A DNA stretch of 64,000 bases from an uncultured Gammaproteobacteria bacterium. Its GTDB lineage: Bacteria; Patescibacteriota; Microgenomatia; UBA8517; JACQJR01. The position numbers and the translations under genes were made by a program. Positions 34,425 through 44,301 of the stretch are shown here, in pieces. The DNA lies in NCBI GenBank assembly GCA_964442455.1, contig CAYTZB010000006.1, positions 9,532-73,531 on the forward strand, written 5' to 3'. Numbering within the stretch: the stretch's first letter is position 1; every line of letters begins with the position of its first letter. Under the pieces are notes generated by a model. The model made no database searches. It was not told the DNA's origin and was given only the letters and a program-made list of their open reading frames with translations.

Positions 34425-35302
34425 ACCTCTTTACGCTTATCTAGCCAATTTTGAAGAGCGTCCTGAGTTGAACTAGCTAGCTCTTTATAGTAGCCTCTAT
34501 CTTTTCCAGGTTCTGGCCTAAAAGGTGGAAGTATTCCTAATTCGTAACCAGATTCCGCACGGAAGTACTTTCCAACAGGAAGTATAGGTACTCCAAGGTT
34601 ACCTGCAATCACGAAAGCACCCGCATGGAATTCCTCTAAGTTGTAAGGGCCACCGCCATTTCTTTTTCCTGATGTTCCCCCTTCAGGAAAAACTACTAGG
34701 GCTGCGCGAGGATTATTTTCGAACAATGCTCTTGTGTCATTTTCCAAGCGAGCAAGTCCTCCACTTTGTACTGCGACGATTGTTATTAAGCCACATGCTT
34801 TTTGAATAGAGTAGAGTGGCTCTGGAAGCTCTACATGCGCATCAAAAAGTTCTACAGCAAGTCTTCTGGCAATAGGAGAATAAGGAGCGAAGTATATTGG
34901 AAATGGATGGATCTGATCGATGGGTAGTTCTAAACCTAATTCTTGAGGCTGAATTGGAGAAAGTTTATAGTCTCCTAAGTGATTAGATGCAATCATAATA
35001 GGTTTTCCAGGTTCTAAAGCAGCAAGGTGTTCTTCTCCTGAAACCATTCTTGCTTTTCCTAACTCTGAGATATATTTAAGTAATTCCTGATTTCTTTTAT
35101 GGACTGCTCCTTGGTTTTGTAAATGGGAGAGTGCAAACTTTAAAAATTCAATTTGAGCTTGTCGTGCTTGAGTGAAGAATTCTTGAGACCAGGGTGTAAC
35201 CAACAGTTCTTCTTGAAGCAGATTAACGATTTTTACTTCGTCAGGATCGGTAGCTTTGGGCAAACGAGCAAGAATATCTTCTAAATGACCCATTTGTTCC
35301 AT
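34421..35302 (-). CDS. Lysophospholipid acyltransferase (PlsC/AGPAT family)-like protein
   Basis: NHxxxxD motif (SNHLGD) and FPEGGTS motif. Confidence 0.6.
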   Translation of the reverse strand: MEQMGHLEDILARLPKATDPDEVKIVNLLQEELLVTPWSQEFFTQARQAQIEFLKFALSHLQNQGAVHKRNQELLKYISELGKARMVSGEEHLAALEPGKPIMIASNHLGDYKLSPIQPQELGLELPIDQIHPFPIYFAPYSPIARRLAVELFDAHVELPEPLYSIQKACGLITIVAVQSGGLARLENDTRALFENNPRAALVVFPEGGTSGKRNGGGPYNLEEFHAGAFVIAGNLGVPILPVGKYFRAESGYELGILPPFRPEPGKDRGYYKELASSTQDALQNWLDKRKEV

Positions 35303-35412
35303 TTTATTGCATTATTGTATCAAAGTTCATGTGATTGTAGAAGATAGTCAGGAAAATAATAAGCTGGATTTCTGCGTTATTTGATGGTAGAATTGAATCT
35401 GTACGTTGATAT

Positions 35413-35449
35413 TCCCCTGTAGTCCGCCAGCTGGCGGACGGCTCGCTGT
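35413..35449 (+). other. Degenerate copy of the tRNA-Asn 5' half (acceptor strand through anticodon stem) with remodelled D-arm hairpin
   Basis: TCCCCTGTAG and GGCTCGCTGT are identical to tRNA-Asn at 35707. The intervening D-arm is replaced by the perfect hairpin GTCCGCCAGCTGGCGGAC. Confidence 0.6.
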
Positions 35450-35460
35450 AAAATGGAAAT

Positions 35461-35706
35461 ATGAGTTGGTTTGTGTACGCTCTATATAATCAAGAGAGTA
35501 AAAAGATTTATATAGGACAGACCAATAATATTGGAAGAAGATTATTGGAACATAATCAAAAGAAAGGAAATCATTTTACGGCTAAAGTCCTAGGAGAATG
35601 GAAACTAGTATATAAAGAAGAATTTGAAATTAGAGAGGAAGCAATTAGGAGAGAAAAACAATTAAAAAGTTTTAGGGGTAGGGAGTTCCTTAAAAATTTA
35701 ATATAA
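35461..35706 (+). CDS. Small stand-alone GIY-YIG nuclease-domain protein (YhbQ/UPF0213-like)
   Basis: YALYNQESKKIYIGQTNNIGRRLLEHN carries the GIY-YIG core (Y..Y...YIG.T.N..RR..EH). 81 aa. The ORF ends exactly at the tRNA-Asn start. Confidence 0.7.
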   Translation: MSWFVYALYNQESKKIYIGQTNNIGRRLLEHNQKKGNHFTAKVLGEWKLVYKEEFEIREEAIRREKQLKSFRGREFLKNLI

Positions 35707-35779
35707 TCCCCTGTAGCTCAACTGGCAGAGCGGCTCGCTGTTAACGAGAAGGTTGTAGGTTCGAGTCCTACCGGGGGAG
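35707..35779 (+). tRNA. tRNA-Asn(GTT)
   Basis: U1-A72 acceptor (TCCCCTG/CGGGGGA) as in E. coli tRNA-Asn. Anticodon loop CTGTTAA. T-loop GGTTCGAGTCC. Confidence 0.8.
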
Positions 35780-35830
35780 CTGAATTGTTCTTAATCGACC
35801 CAAATTAAACTTACCATTAGTTACGTTTTT

Positions 35831-36613
35831 ATGAAATCGAAAAATAATATGTCGCAAGACAATTTACAAAAACTAAATAACTATTTTGAAAAATACATCG
35901 ACGGGATGATTATCAAGGATATCCAGCTATTAGAAGCGAGGAATGGTGAGCTAAAATTTTCCTACCCGTATATTTTATTAGTTTGTAGCTGTATTGATCT
36001 GTTCGGCGGTATCGAAAAGGGTTTTACTAAACCTAATGGACGGAGAAATTCGGAAAAGAGATTTAAATGGTTTATTACTGAATGGATGGGTTTAGTAAAT
36101 CCTCTATATAAGGAAAGTAGTCTTGCTTATTTAATTTATGATAGTTGGAGGTGTGGCATAGTTCATCAGGCTACCCTGAAAAAAGGATTTGAAACCTCAT
36201 CTTATATGTATCCCAGAGATAAACATTTGCATTATATTGAAGATAATGAAAGAATTTTTGTACACTCCTTGCAATTTGCAGACGATTTAATTGAAGCTCA
36301 AAAGTTGTATAGAAAACATATAAATGAGAACGCAACAGATACTGTTTACATAGACTCGTTGTATAACCACCTATTGAATATGATTGGTGAAAATAATGTT
36401 AAGACAAATCGAATTTATAACCAATTTATCCAATTTCTACAAAGAAACAATTTAGTATTTAAATCATTGAGTAGCACTTCTATGAAATCTTCTACCAAAT
36501 CAACATCGTCAACATCGTCAAGTTCTTATTCTCAAGAGAATATTACGCGCTTGCCGGATGAATTATTGCCTGCTGTCCCCTCTGCTGCGCCAGAGGAAGA
36601 TGATTTAGAATAA
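35831..36613 (+). CDS. Hypothetical protein (260 aa), AT-rich, first gene of island
   Basis: Intact ORF with island-like composition and a Ser/Thr-rich C-terminal tail. No motif assignable. Confidence 0.45.
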   Translation: MKSKNNMSQDNLQKLNNYFEKYIDGMIIKDIQLLEARNGELKFSYPYILLVCSCIDLFGGIEKGFTKPNGRRNSEKRFKWFITEWMGLVNPLYKESSLAYLIYDSWRCGIVHQATLKKGFETSSYMYPRDKHLHYIEDNERIFVHSLQFADDLIEAQKLYRKHINENATDTVYIDSLYNHLLNMIGENNVKTNRIYNQFIQFLQRNNLVFKSLSSTSMKSSTKSTSSTSSSSYSQENITRLPDELLPAVPSAAPEEDDLE

Positions 36614-36773
36614 CTGAAGAATTTACCATTTTAAATAATTTTATTTGCTTCAATCTTTCTCTTGCTTGTTCAGCTCATGCAGGATTTTGAAAAGCTTTGA
36701 TAATTGTGGTTAAACAGTCCTGTTTGATTATTTTTTCTTTATATCGTAAAGTTTGGGAGTATAATTCTAGTCT

Positions 36774-36944
36774 ATGCTCTTCGGCAAAAAGAAATGTTTA
36801 AAATGTGACAGTACAAACCTAAAGACTATTAGAACAAGTCTTTTGGGTAAATTATTTTGGCCATTAGGTCATCCATTCTGGACTAGGGCACCGCGACCTC
36901 TTAATGTTTGCAGAGATTGTGGATTTAGTTGGGAAGATAGATAG
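36774..36944 (+). CDS. Small double zinc-ribbon protein (56 aa)
   Basis: Manual translation MLFGKKKCLKCDSTNL...CRDCGFSWEDR with CxxC...CxxC. TATAAT at about 36751. Below the ORF-track cutoff. Confidence 0.35.
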   Translation: MLFGKKKCLKCDSTNLKTIRTSLLGKLFWPLGHPFWTRAPRPLNVCRDCGFSWEDR

Positions 36945-36953
36945 CACTAATAA

Positions 36954-38009
36954 ATGAAAAAACCTTGGTATAAAAAATGGTGGGGAATTTTAGCAATTAT
37001 TCTTTTTCTTTGGCCATTCTTCTTAACTTATTGGATTTGGAAGAAAAAATGGGATATCAAGCTAAGAGTTGGTTTAATCGCAGTTTTCTGGTTATTTGGT
37101 TTAATTATTCTAGCTTCCTCTGGTAGTAAGAGTGGTCAACAATCTCTTCAGGAAGGATATAAGGCAGGTAAAGGTACAGTTTCAAACTCCACATCCATTC
37201 CGACTCCTACCCCAACACCAACTGGAAAAGGAGCCGCAAAGCAAATAGCAGTTTGTCCTACCAAGACAACAGCTACATATAAAGTCATTAAATGTGTTGT
37301 TTTACTTGATGATACGAATAAACAATATAATGATTTAGAAGTAGTTATTAATCCCTCACTACGATCTCAGGAAGACAAAGTACGAGCCTTAGCAAATACA
37401 GTAAGAACGAACGAATGTCCAAAAGATTGCCTTTTAAATATTTGGGATGATGTAGATAGTGCGAATTTAGCATTCACCTATGATTTATTAAGCGAAGCAG
37501 ACCAAAACAAATGGAAACAAGATCATGCTTCTTTTTTTGCACCTGGTGGAGGATTAGAGATGCATTTTATTGCTACATTTGATACTGATGGAAATAAATT
37601 TGATTATATGGTGGAACCGCCAACTCCAGCTCCTAGAAAATTTGTTTACGAGCTGGAAAAACCATATTTTGTTGATGATGAGAAATGGCAAACAATAATT
37701 GTGCCAGATGATAGCACCATTGAAGAATTAACTAATTTAGCAAAAGATATGCACAAAAATAATCCTGAAGTTTATTATAATATTTTTGACAACAAGGATG
37801 AGTTTATAGCTTATCAAAAGTGGGCCATTTCCAAAAACGATCAGAGTGTTTACTTTCCCGATAAATGGGTAAAAGAACATTCTATAGGCATGATTAACAA
37901 AATGTTAACAACTAACAGAGGAATAAATAATAGGCTATTATGGCAATTCTATCCTACTCCAAGTGATTTCTGGGGTAATTCCGTGCCTGAAGCAGTGGAT
38001 TTGGAGTAA
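36954..38009 (+). CDS. Membrane-anchored extracytoplasmic protein (351 aa)
   Basis: Two N-terminal TM helices (WWGILAIILFLWPFFLTYWIW, VGLIAVFWLFGLIILA), then a Thr/Pro linker and a globular domain. Confidence 0.45.
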   Translation: MKKPWYKKWWGILAIILFLWPFFLTYWIWKKKWDIKLRVGLIAVFWLFGLIILASSGSKSGQQSLQEGYKAGKGTVSNSTSIPTPTPTPTGKGAAKQIAVCPTKTTATYKVIKCVVLLDDTNKQYNDLEVVINPSLRSQEDKVRALANTVRTNECPKDCLLNIWDDVDSANLAFTYDLLSEADQNKWKQDHASFFAPGGGLEMHFIATFDTDGNKFDYMVEPPTPAPRKFVYELEKPYFVDDEKWQTIIVPDDSTIEELTNLAKDMHKNNPEVYYNIFDNKDEFIAYQKWAISKNDQSVYFPDKWVKEHSIGMINKMLTTNRGINNRLLWQFYPTPSDFWGNSVPEAVDLE

Positions 38010-38089
38010 AATTTTTTGATCAAGTAGTTAGATTAATCCTAGGAATACGGAGCCAGTTGGCACTTAATATACCTAAATAAACATAAATT

Positions 38090-38485
38090 ATGACAGGTCA
38101 AACTGATCTTTCTGGGGTCCTAAAATCATTGCAGGTATCCTGCGACAATATTGAATATGGATTTGCTTCAGTCAAAGATAAACAAATAAATTTTGATGAT
38201 CAGGTTTTGGGAACATTCAAAGAAAATGAAGGTTTAACGATTATTGCGCCCAGAGAATACTTTGAAACAAACGATATTCAATACGAAGGGCCATACGCCA
38301 AGCTAACTATCGAAGTACACACATCCTTGGAACTCGTTGGCCTGACTGCTATTCTTGCTAGAAAACTGGCTGAGAATCAAATATCTGCAAATGTCGTGGC
38401 TGGATATTTTCATGACCATATTTTTGTCCAATATGCGGTTCGTCAAAAAGCAATAGAAGCCATCAATAACTTGAAGGAGAAGTAA
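38090..38485 (+). CDS. ACT-domain protein (ACT_7/DUF2241-like)
   Basis: N-terminal TDLSGVLKSLQ...YGFASV pattern and size typical of ACT_7. Pattern-based call. Confidence 0.4.
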   Translation: MTGQTDLSGVLKSLQVSCDNIEYGFASVKDKQINFDDQVLGTFKENEGLTIIAPREYFETNDIQYEGPYAKLTIEVHTSLELVGLTAILARKLAENQISANVVAGYFHDHIFVQYAVRQKAIEAINNLKEK

Positions 38486-38647
38486 TATTTACTTTTCCAA
38501 TTTCCTCTCTTATTTGGGCTACAAGCCTAAAGTCAGAGAAAGCCTTAATAATACTGGATAATTGAGTGGTTATATTACAGTTACGATTCTCGAGCACTTC
38601 GGCAAGCTCACATTTTAGCTTCAGGTTTCCTCTGGTATAATCATTCT

Positions 38648-39154
38648 ATGAAAGTAGTTCTTTACATGGCAGTAACAGGAAATGGATATATTGCTAAAGA
38701 AAATGATGATACAAGTTGGATTTCCAAAGAAGAATGGAATAGCTATAGTGCAATTGTCAGGAGGACGGGAAATCTAGTCATTGGCCATAGAACCTATGAT
38801 ATTATAACCAAACAGCCTGAGTTCAGTGAATTTGAAAAAGTTAAAATTATTATAGTTTCTCACAACGATTTCGACACTCTAAGCTTAAATCATGTAGCCG
38901 TAAAAACACCCGAAGAAGCGTTGAGTTTATTAAAAGATTTCAAGGAAGTGATAGTAGCAGGAGGAAGTAATCTAAATTCTTCATTTGTGGAAAAAGGGTT
39001 GATTGATGAAATTTATTTAGATATTGAGCCAATCATTTTTGGGAAAGGTATTAAACTTTTTACTGGCGACAATTTTGAAGCCAAACTTAAGTTGCTGGAA
39101 ACCAGAAAACTAACTGAAGATATTATTCAACTACACTATAAAGTATTAAAATAG
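38648..39154 (+). CDS. Dihydrofolate reductase-like (RibD C-terminal domain family) protein
   Basis: MKVVLYMAVTGNGYIA...LVIGHRTY...VAGGSNL pattern of YwjB/RibD_C family. Confidence 0.55.
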   Translation: MKVVLYMAVTGNGYIAKENDDTSWISKEEWNSYSAIVRRTGNLVIGHRTYDIITKQPEFSEFEKVKIIIVSHNDFDTLSLNHVAVKTPEEALSLLKDFKEVIVAGGSNLNSSFVEKGLIDEIYLDIEPIIFGKGIKLFTGDNFEAKLKLLETRKLTEDIIQLHYKVLK

Positions 39155-39243
39155 GTTCTGACCTCATCCATCTGGGGGAGCAAGGCATAAGTCTGCGTCT
39201 GGCTTCGCAAGAAGCCAAAGCAGAACTTGACTGAGGCAGGTTT

Positions 39244-39507
39244 TTAGGCTTGTAGGTTATCGCGTCGTAATATTGTTATGTCTTTTGGGATATTTTTAAG
39301 CAAAAAGTATGTAATACCCGCTGAGACAACGAAGATCACCAATCCAATGCTTGTTGTTTCAAGCTTATACCCACCCGCGGTCAACGTAAATACAGTAACG
39401 CCACTAAAACCAAATCCTGCTAATATCGCTCCCAAAAGAGATAAAATACCAAAAAGTGCGATAGCCAGTGAATAAATTATAGAAACGCGTTTTCTCTGTT
39501 TTACCAT
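39244..39507 (-). CDS. Small membrane protein (87 aa)
   Basis: Two hydrophobic helices. Convergent with the DHFR-like gene. Confidence 0.35.
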   Translation of the reverse strand: MVKQRKRVSIIYSLAIALFGILSLLGAILAGFGFSGVTVFTLTAGGYKLETTSIGLVIFVVSAGITYFLLKNIPKDITILRRDNLQA

Positions 39508-39566
39508 GTTTTATTAAATTGGGACATATTTAATACAAAATGTCAAGTTGAAAATATCCAGAATGC

Positions 39567-40991
39567 TTAATATGCAGAAGTACGGAATTTTGCCGGGTTC
39601 AGTCCCAAGAAAGTCCTAAAGTCCCGAACAGATGGATGATCGATCGGCGTATCGGAAGATCCAGAATCAGATCTCGGACCAATTTCTTCAAATGTTTCTT
39701 TATACATCGTATCCCCTTTACTCAAGAATACTTCGTAATTAACCCCTGGAAATGCTTTCTTAAACGCCGCCTCGAATATTTTTTCGTCATTGGCAAAATA
39801 CGCAGTCATAATTTCTTGTTCCGGTATCTTTTCCAATATGGCCATAAGAGCTTGGACCTCCTTAAAATATCCGGTAATATCGGCTATTTCGTAGTCGCTT
39901 AACTTAAAGCTTTTGAGCGCGGTATATTCAGTAATTCCTTCATTGATAAATACCGGTAGCGCTGATCCCTTTCTTGAGTAATGGTGAAGTGATTCGTGAA
40001 GCAAGTTGCTTAAATAGTTAAGCGCGACTTTGCCAGGAATTATCTTCATGTATATGGTTTGGGTATCATGAAGATACACACCGCCACCCAACTTCCCCTT
40101 TCCCGCTTCTAATAAATCATTTGATGTAAATTGTACGAACGCCTGGTCGTCAAGAAACTTAATGGTAGGTTTTTTAGATCTTTCAAAAGCGGAAACTACA
40201 GCCTGGTTTGAATGATGCCTAAGACGGTTAAAGGCCAATTCAATGATGAGCTTCTCTGTTCTATCTTTGCTGAAATTCCTAATGACAATGCTATTGGTGC
40301 TGGGGATAAAAAACGATCTACCCTCAGCGTCATTGCCCACAATTTCAACCAGTGATGGAAGCACGGCGCCCTCATAGACGGTCAGGGTGTCTTTCTTTTT
40401 AAGACCTCTCTTTGCTACTACTGTGCCGAATTCTCCTGCGGAATCATAGACTTCGACTATCGAGGGCGAACTCTGGATCAGTTGTATTATTTTTTCGTCG
40501 TTTGTAATGCTTCCGTTTATTGCTTTTTCGAGGCTAAATTTTAAATCGGCGTATCCGTATAAAAACGAGACCGCCAAAGAAACGGCGAATATAAAAAGAA
40601 AACTGAATACGAATACTCCCACCGCATTTACTTGTGCGACAAGAAAACGAAACAGCATTTTTAGAATTCCGCTCGCTTCTTTTTTGCGCAACTTAAATAA
40701 TCTGATGATGGAAAAAACTTCTACGATCAAGGAGTGGGCCAAGGAACACAAAAGAATGATTATGACCAAACCCTCGGAAGCCGCAGTCGCTTTTAAAAAT
40801 ACAAAGAGGATTCTTTCCCAAGGCCCTCCTTCGACTCGTGAAAATGCTGAGTTTAAGTACGTTATGTTCTTAACACCAAATATGTAAATTATTGAAACGG
40901 ATATTGAAACAATGGAGGCTATCGGCAACCAATGGGTAAATAATTTTTTTAGCGAATATCTAAAATTGTCGTCTAACGTGTTTTGTCCCAT
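39567..40991 (-). CDS. Polytopic membrane protein with C-terminal HExxH (HESLHH) zincin-like domain
   Basis: Four or more N-terminal TM helices. LLHESLHHYS motif in the soluble C-terminal domain. Confidence 0.45.
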   Translation of the reverse strand: MGQNTLDDNFRYSLKKLFTHWLPIASIVSISVSIIYIFGVKNITYLNSAFSRVEGGPWERILFVFLKATAASEGLVIIILLCSLAHSLIVEVFSIIRLFKLRKKEASGILKMLFRFLVAQVNAVGVFVFSFLFIFAVSLAVSFLYGYADLKFSLEKAINGSITNDEKIIQLIQSSPSIVEVYDSAGEFGTVVAKRGLKKKDTLTVYEGAVLPSLVEIVGNDAEGRSFFIPSTNSIVIRNFSKDRTEKLIIELAFNRLRHHSNQAVVSAFERSKKPTIKFLDDQAFVQFTSNDLLEAGKGKLGGGVYLHDTQTIYMKIIPGKVALNYLSNLLHESLHHYSRKGSALPVFINEGITEYTALKSFKLSDYEIADITGYFKEVQALMAILEKIPEQEIMTAYFANDEKIFEAAFKKAFPGVNYEVFLSKGDTMYKETFEEIGPRSDSGSSDTPIDHPSVRDFRTFLGLNPAKFRTSAY

Positions 40992-41125
40992 ACGATTGGT
41001 TTAATAATACATCACCATTTTACTGGTCACAAGATCGCCTCGGAAGCTCGTACTACCCGTTCCTTAAGTACAATATAATTTTGAAAAACTTGACAACTTG
41101 TTCTGAGACATCTTAACTGTAAGTA

Positions 41126-42217
41126 GTGGCTAAAAGAAAAATTCCTTTTATTCTCACAATAATCCTAGGAATCCTTCCTCTCCTGTTTTTTGCTTTTGCT
41201 TTTGATGCTCACGCTGAGTCTACAAGTGAAACTCCAAGGCAACTTTGCGATGATGCCCGAAGAGACGGCAGCTACACTATTCTCGAGGATACACAAGACA
41301 GGTGTGTTTATGTTCTCCCCGGCGTAATAAAACACGAGCATTTTTATCAAGGAAATCAGTTGTGTTATCGGGGAACTGGTTTTAAAGATGCTTTGACCTT
41401 TAGTTTGGATGCCGATGGAGAGGTAACGACGGAATGTTTTGACCGTGTGTATTTACCTGCACCTACTCAAGAAGTAGTCAAACAGCCATCTTCTAAACCA
41501 ACAACTGCACCTGAGAAGAGCGAAGTGCAAGAGACGGAAGCAAAAGTTTTGATTTTTGGCACAGATGTTAAAGCTGGCGATACTATCACTGCAGAAGGTA
41601 AATCCAAAATCGTTATCTTTATGCCGGACGGAGGAAAAATTGACCTAAAAGAAGGTGCGAAGATGAGGTTTTACTCGGAGGATGAGATAGAAGCCCAAAG
41701 TGGTATCTTTAGGTTTTTGATTAATCAGCTAACAGGGGGAAAGGTAAAGAAAGTAAGAACTGGAGATATGGCAGTTAGCATAAGAGGGACGGAATTTTTG
41801 GTAGAAGTTGGCAAAAATAGTACAGCGGTAAAGGTTATTGATGGTACGGTTGAGGCTTCCAGTGTTGACGGTAAAGGAACTGTCCAAGTAGCAGAAGGCC
41901 AAGAAACAAAAACTGTAAAAGGTGGACTTCCAGCAAAACCCAAGGTTTTTGACCTTAAAACTCTTGACCGGTGGTGGGAAGGATTACCCAATGAGGCGCC
42001 TTCAGATGATAGTGATCTTTGGGTAGGTCTGATTATTTTGGGGGTGTTGGGTGGAGGAATATATTGGATACTTAAAAAAATAATAAATGCACTGCGAGGG
42101 AAAGAAAAATCCAAAAAAATTGAGGCGCCCGTCAAGAACAAAAGAAGATTTTCTCCAATTTTTCTTTTAATTGTTGCCGCTCTCGCCATAATGGTAGTTT
42201 TTTTCCTCTTCTCATAG
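41126..42217 (+). CDS. Secreted/membrane-anchored protein with FecR-like beta domain and two C-terminal TM helices
   Basis: Signal peptide. FLVEVGKNSTAVKVIDGTVEA pattern resembles FecR/anti-sigma sensor folds. Weak. Confidence 0.4.
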   Translation: MAKRKIPFILTIILGILPLLFFAFAFDAHAESTSETPRQLCDDARRDGSYTILEDTQDRCVYVLPGVIKHEHFYQGNQLCYRGTGFKDALTFSLDADGEVTTECFDRVYLPAPTQEVVKQPSSKPTTAPEKSEVQETEAKVLIFGTDVKAGDTITAEGKSKIVIFMPDGGKIDLKEGAKMRFYSEDEIEAQSGIFRFLINQLTGGKVKKVRTGDMAVSIRGTEFLVEVGKNSTAVKVIDGTVEASSVDGKGTVQVAEGQETKTVKGGLPAKPKVFDLKTLDRWWEGLPNEAPSDDSDLWVGLIILGVLGGGIYWILKKIINALRGKEKSKKIEAPVKNKRRFSPIFLLIVAALAIMVVFFLFS

Positions 42218-42595
42218 CACAAAGTATAGTGTCGGGAATTGATTCGGACAACCGCTAGTAAAAAGTCGTTTCTCCGATAATCCTCCCATCGTTCGAGCCG
42301 GTGCTCTATAATATTGATTATTTTTATGGTATGTGCTATACTAGCAGCGTATCCGCAGATTGAAGCAATAGAACTGCTCGATTTTGTTTGAACCTACCCT
42401 TGAGTTTGTAAGATAAAGGTACTCCAATTTTTTACTACTAATTATCGTATCTTTTCTCCAATTTGAGAGTGATTCTTCATAATTTAGCAGTTTTATTGTT
42501 TTAATTTCCTCGTTGGATTGCTTCTAAAACTTCTAAACCTCAAAAATAGTTCCTCTTTATTACTTCTGCTATACTTTCCTCGTAACTGAAATTTC

Positions 42596-43165
42596 ATGAA
42601 CAAAAGAGTATTTCTAATACATGGTTGGGAAGGTCGGCCTGAAAATGAGTGGAGGCATTGATTAAAAAATGAACTGGAGGAACGGGGATTTCAAGTTTTT
42701 GTACCGGCAATGCCGGATACGATGAATCCTATACTGGATAAGTGGATGCCACATCTTGCACAAACAGTAGGAACTCCAGATGAAAATACTTACTTTATCG
42801 GTCATAGCGTGGGCTGTATCACTATTCTTAGATACTTAGAAGCATTGAAAAAAGGCGAGAAAGTCGGCGGGGTAGTATTAGTAGCAGGATTTGGTCATGA
42901 TCTGGAATACGAAGGGTATAAAGGTGAATTATCCAGTTTCTTTAAGACACCTGTTGATTGGGAAGAGATTAAGAAGCATTGTAATAAATTCATAGCTATT
43001 CACTCAGATGATGATCCCTGGGTACCTCTGGAACACAACAGTCTCTTTCGAGATAGGTTAGGTGCCAAAACAATCGTTGAACATAATATGAAGCACTTTA
43101 GCGAAGATGATGGGATTAATGAATTGCCCATAGCACTTGAATCTGTGCTAAAACTCGCCAAATGA
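42596..43165 (+). pseudogene. YdeN/RBBP9-family alpha/beta hydrolase interrupted by an in-frame TGA at a conserved Trp position
   Basis: MNKRVFLIHGWEGRPENEWRH-TGA-LKNELEERGFQVFVPAMPDT continues in frame into the 42710-43165 ORF. The TGA is at 42659-42661. Homolog N-termini read ...HW..WL..L. Confidence 0.6.
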
Positions 43166-43525
43166 TATTAAAATAACAAAGAGGGTGGGAATAAGCTCTA
43201 TTCATGAAGGATACGACTTGCCTTTACGCTATTTAGTAAACCCCAACTTGATAAACATACTTGATTTTTCCGATAAGAAATAGATTCTAAAGTTATCTAC
43301 CAAGCGGAGCAGATTAACTAAAAAACTTCCAGACAATAATAATTCCGGCTATTCCTCCAAGGCCGCTAAAAATAACCGAGGAAAACGAAAAGATGCCCGC
43401 CCCCCAAAGTGCCGGAATGTAGGCTCCGATAATCGAACCGATTATGGCGACTATATAAAAAAGAGTTTTTGAAGACACATTAAATTATTCTACACCCTTT
43501 GTTTTGATATACTTAAATTGCCCCG

Positions 43526-44038
43526 ATGAAAAAGATAATTTTAATTTTGTTGATAATTTTCGGAGCACTAATTGCGATTGGGGGAAAGGCAATCCAGTCA
43601 GGAGAATTAGGCAGATATTGTAAAACAAACCCTTCGTTTTTCCGACTTGGCTTTCTAAATAATCTTTGTACGAGCATAAACCTTAATTCTACCCTTAAAT
43701 GTAGTTATATTACTCATACTTGTGAGAACGTGATTTCCCAAAAAGATTCTGGTGATTATAAAATTACCATTACGGTTAATGGAAAACCTGGGAAAGGAAT
43801 CGAAGTTGACTTGGGAGTTAACTCAGGCCCCACAGGTGATTCATATGTAAAAACCACGGACTATAACGGCATCGCCGTTTTTAAAGGAATTCCCCCTGGT
43901 GTTTACTATCAAAGTGCGAACCTTTCGAATTTTCCCAAGGAATATGGGGATGCGTATAAAACCTGGAGTTGGGAAAATGTAGAAATTGTCGAAGGGAAAA
44001 CGACAGAGATGAAAATCGATTTGCATACAACTCCTTAA
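43526..44038 (+). CDS. Secreted protein with prealbumin/carboxypeptidase-regulatory-like domain
   Basis: Signal peptide. TDYNGIAVFKGIPPGVYY motif. Followed by hairpin terminator. Confidence 0.5.
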   Translation: MKKIILILLIIFGALIAIGGKAIQSGELGRYCKTNPSFFRLGFLNNLCTSINLNSTLKCSYITHTCENVISQKDSGDYKITITVNGKPGKGIEVDLGVNSGPTGDSYVKTTDYNGIAVFKGIPPGVYYQSANLSNFPKEYGDAYKTWSWENVEIVEGKTTEMKIDLHTTP

Positions 44039-44042
44039 TATT

Positions 44043-44066
44043 AGACTTGGATACTAAGTCTTTTAA
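44043..44066 (+). terminator. Rho-independent terminator
   Basis: AGACTT-GGATACT-AAGTCT followed by TTTTAAT. Confidence 0.5.
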
Positions 44067-44301
44067 TCTCCTCCCACCTCACTCTTATCAATTCCATTTG
44101 AATAACATTCTCAAAAGCTCTTAGAGTGAGGGTCATATTGACAAACTGTAGTACTTGCTGTTCACTGAAATAAGACCCTCTTTCGCGTAAAGCTTCAGAG
44201 GGCAGGGAGGAGGTGAATTGCCCTATGCCAAAGTTCTCTGAATGTACAAAGCCTCATGCACTCATTCATCTTGTTTCTGGTGCAGGAATTGGAATTTTGC
44301 T

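Noticed and set aside
43323-43468. About 49-aa hydrophobic minus-strand micro-ORF (GTG start) in the island spacer
   Set aside because: Below any reliable size threshold, non-ATG start, and lies in an apparently decaying non-coding stretch.
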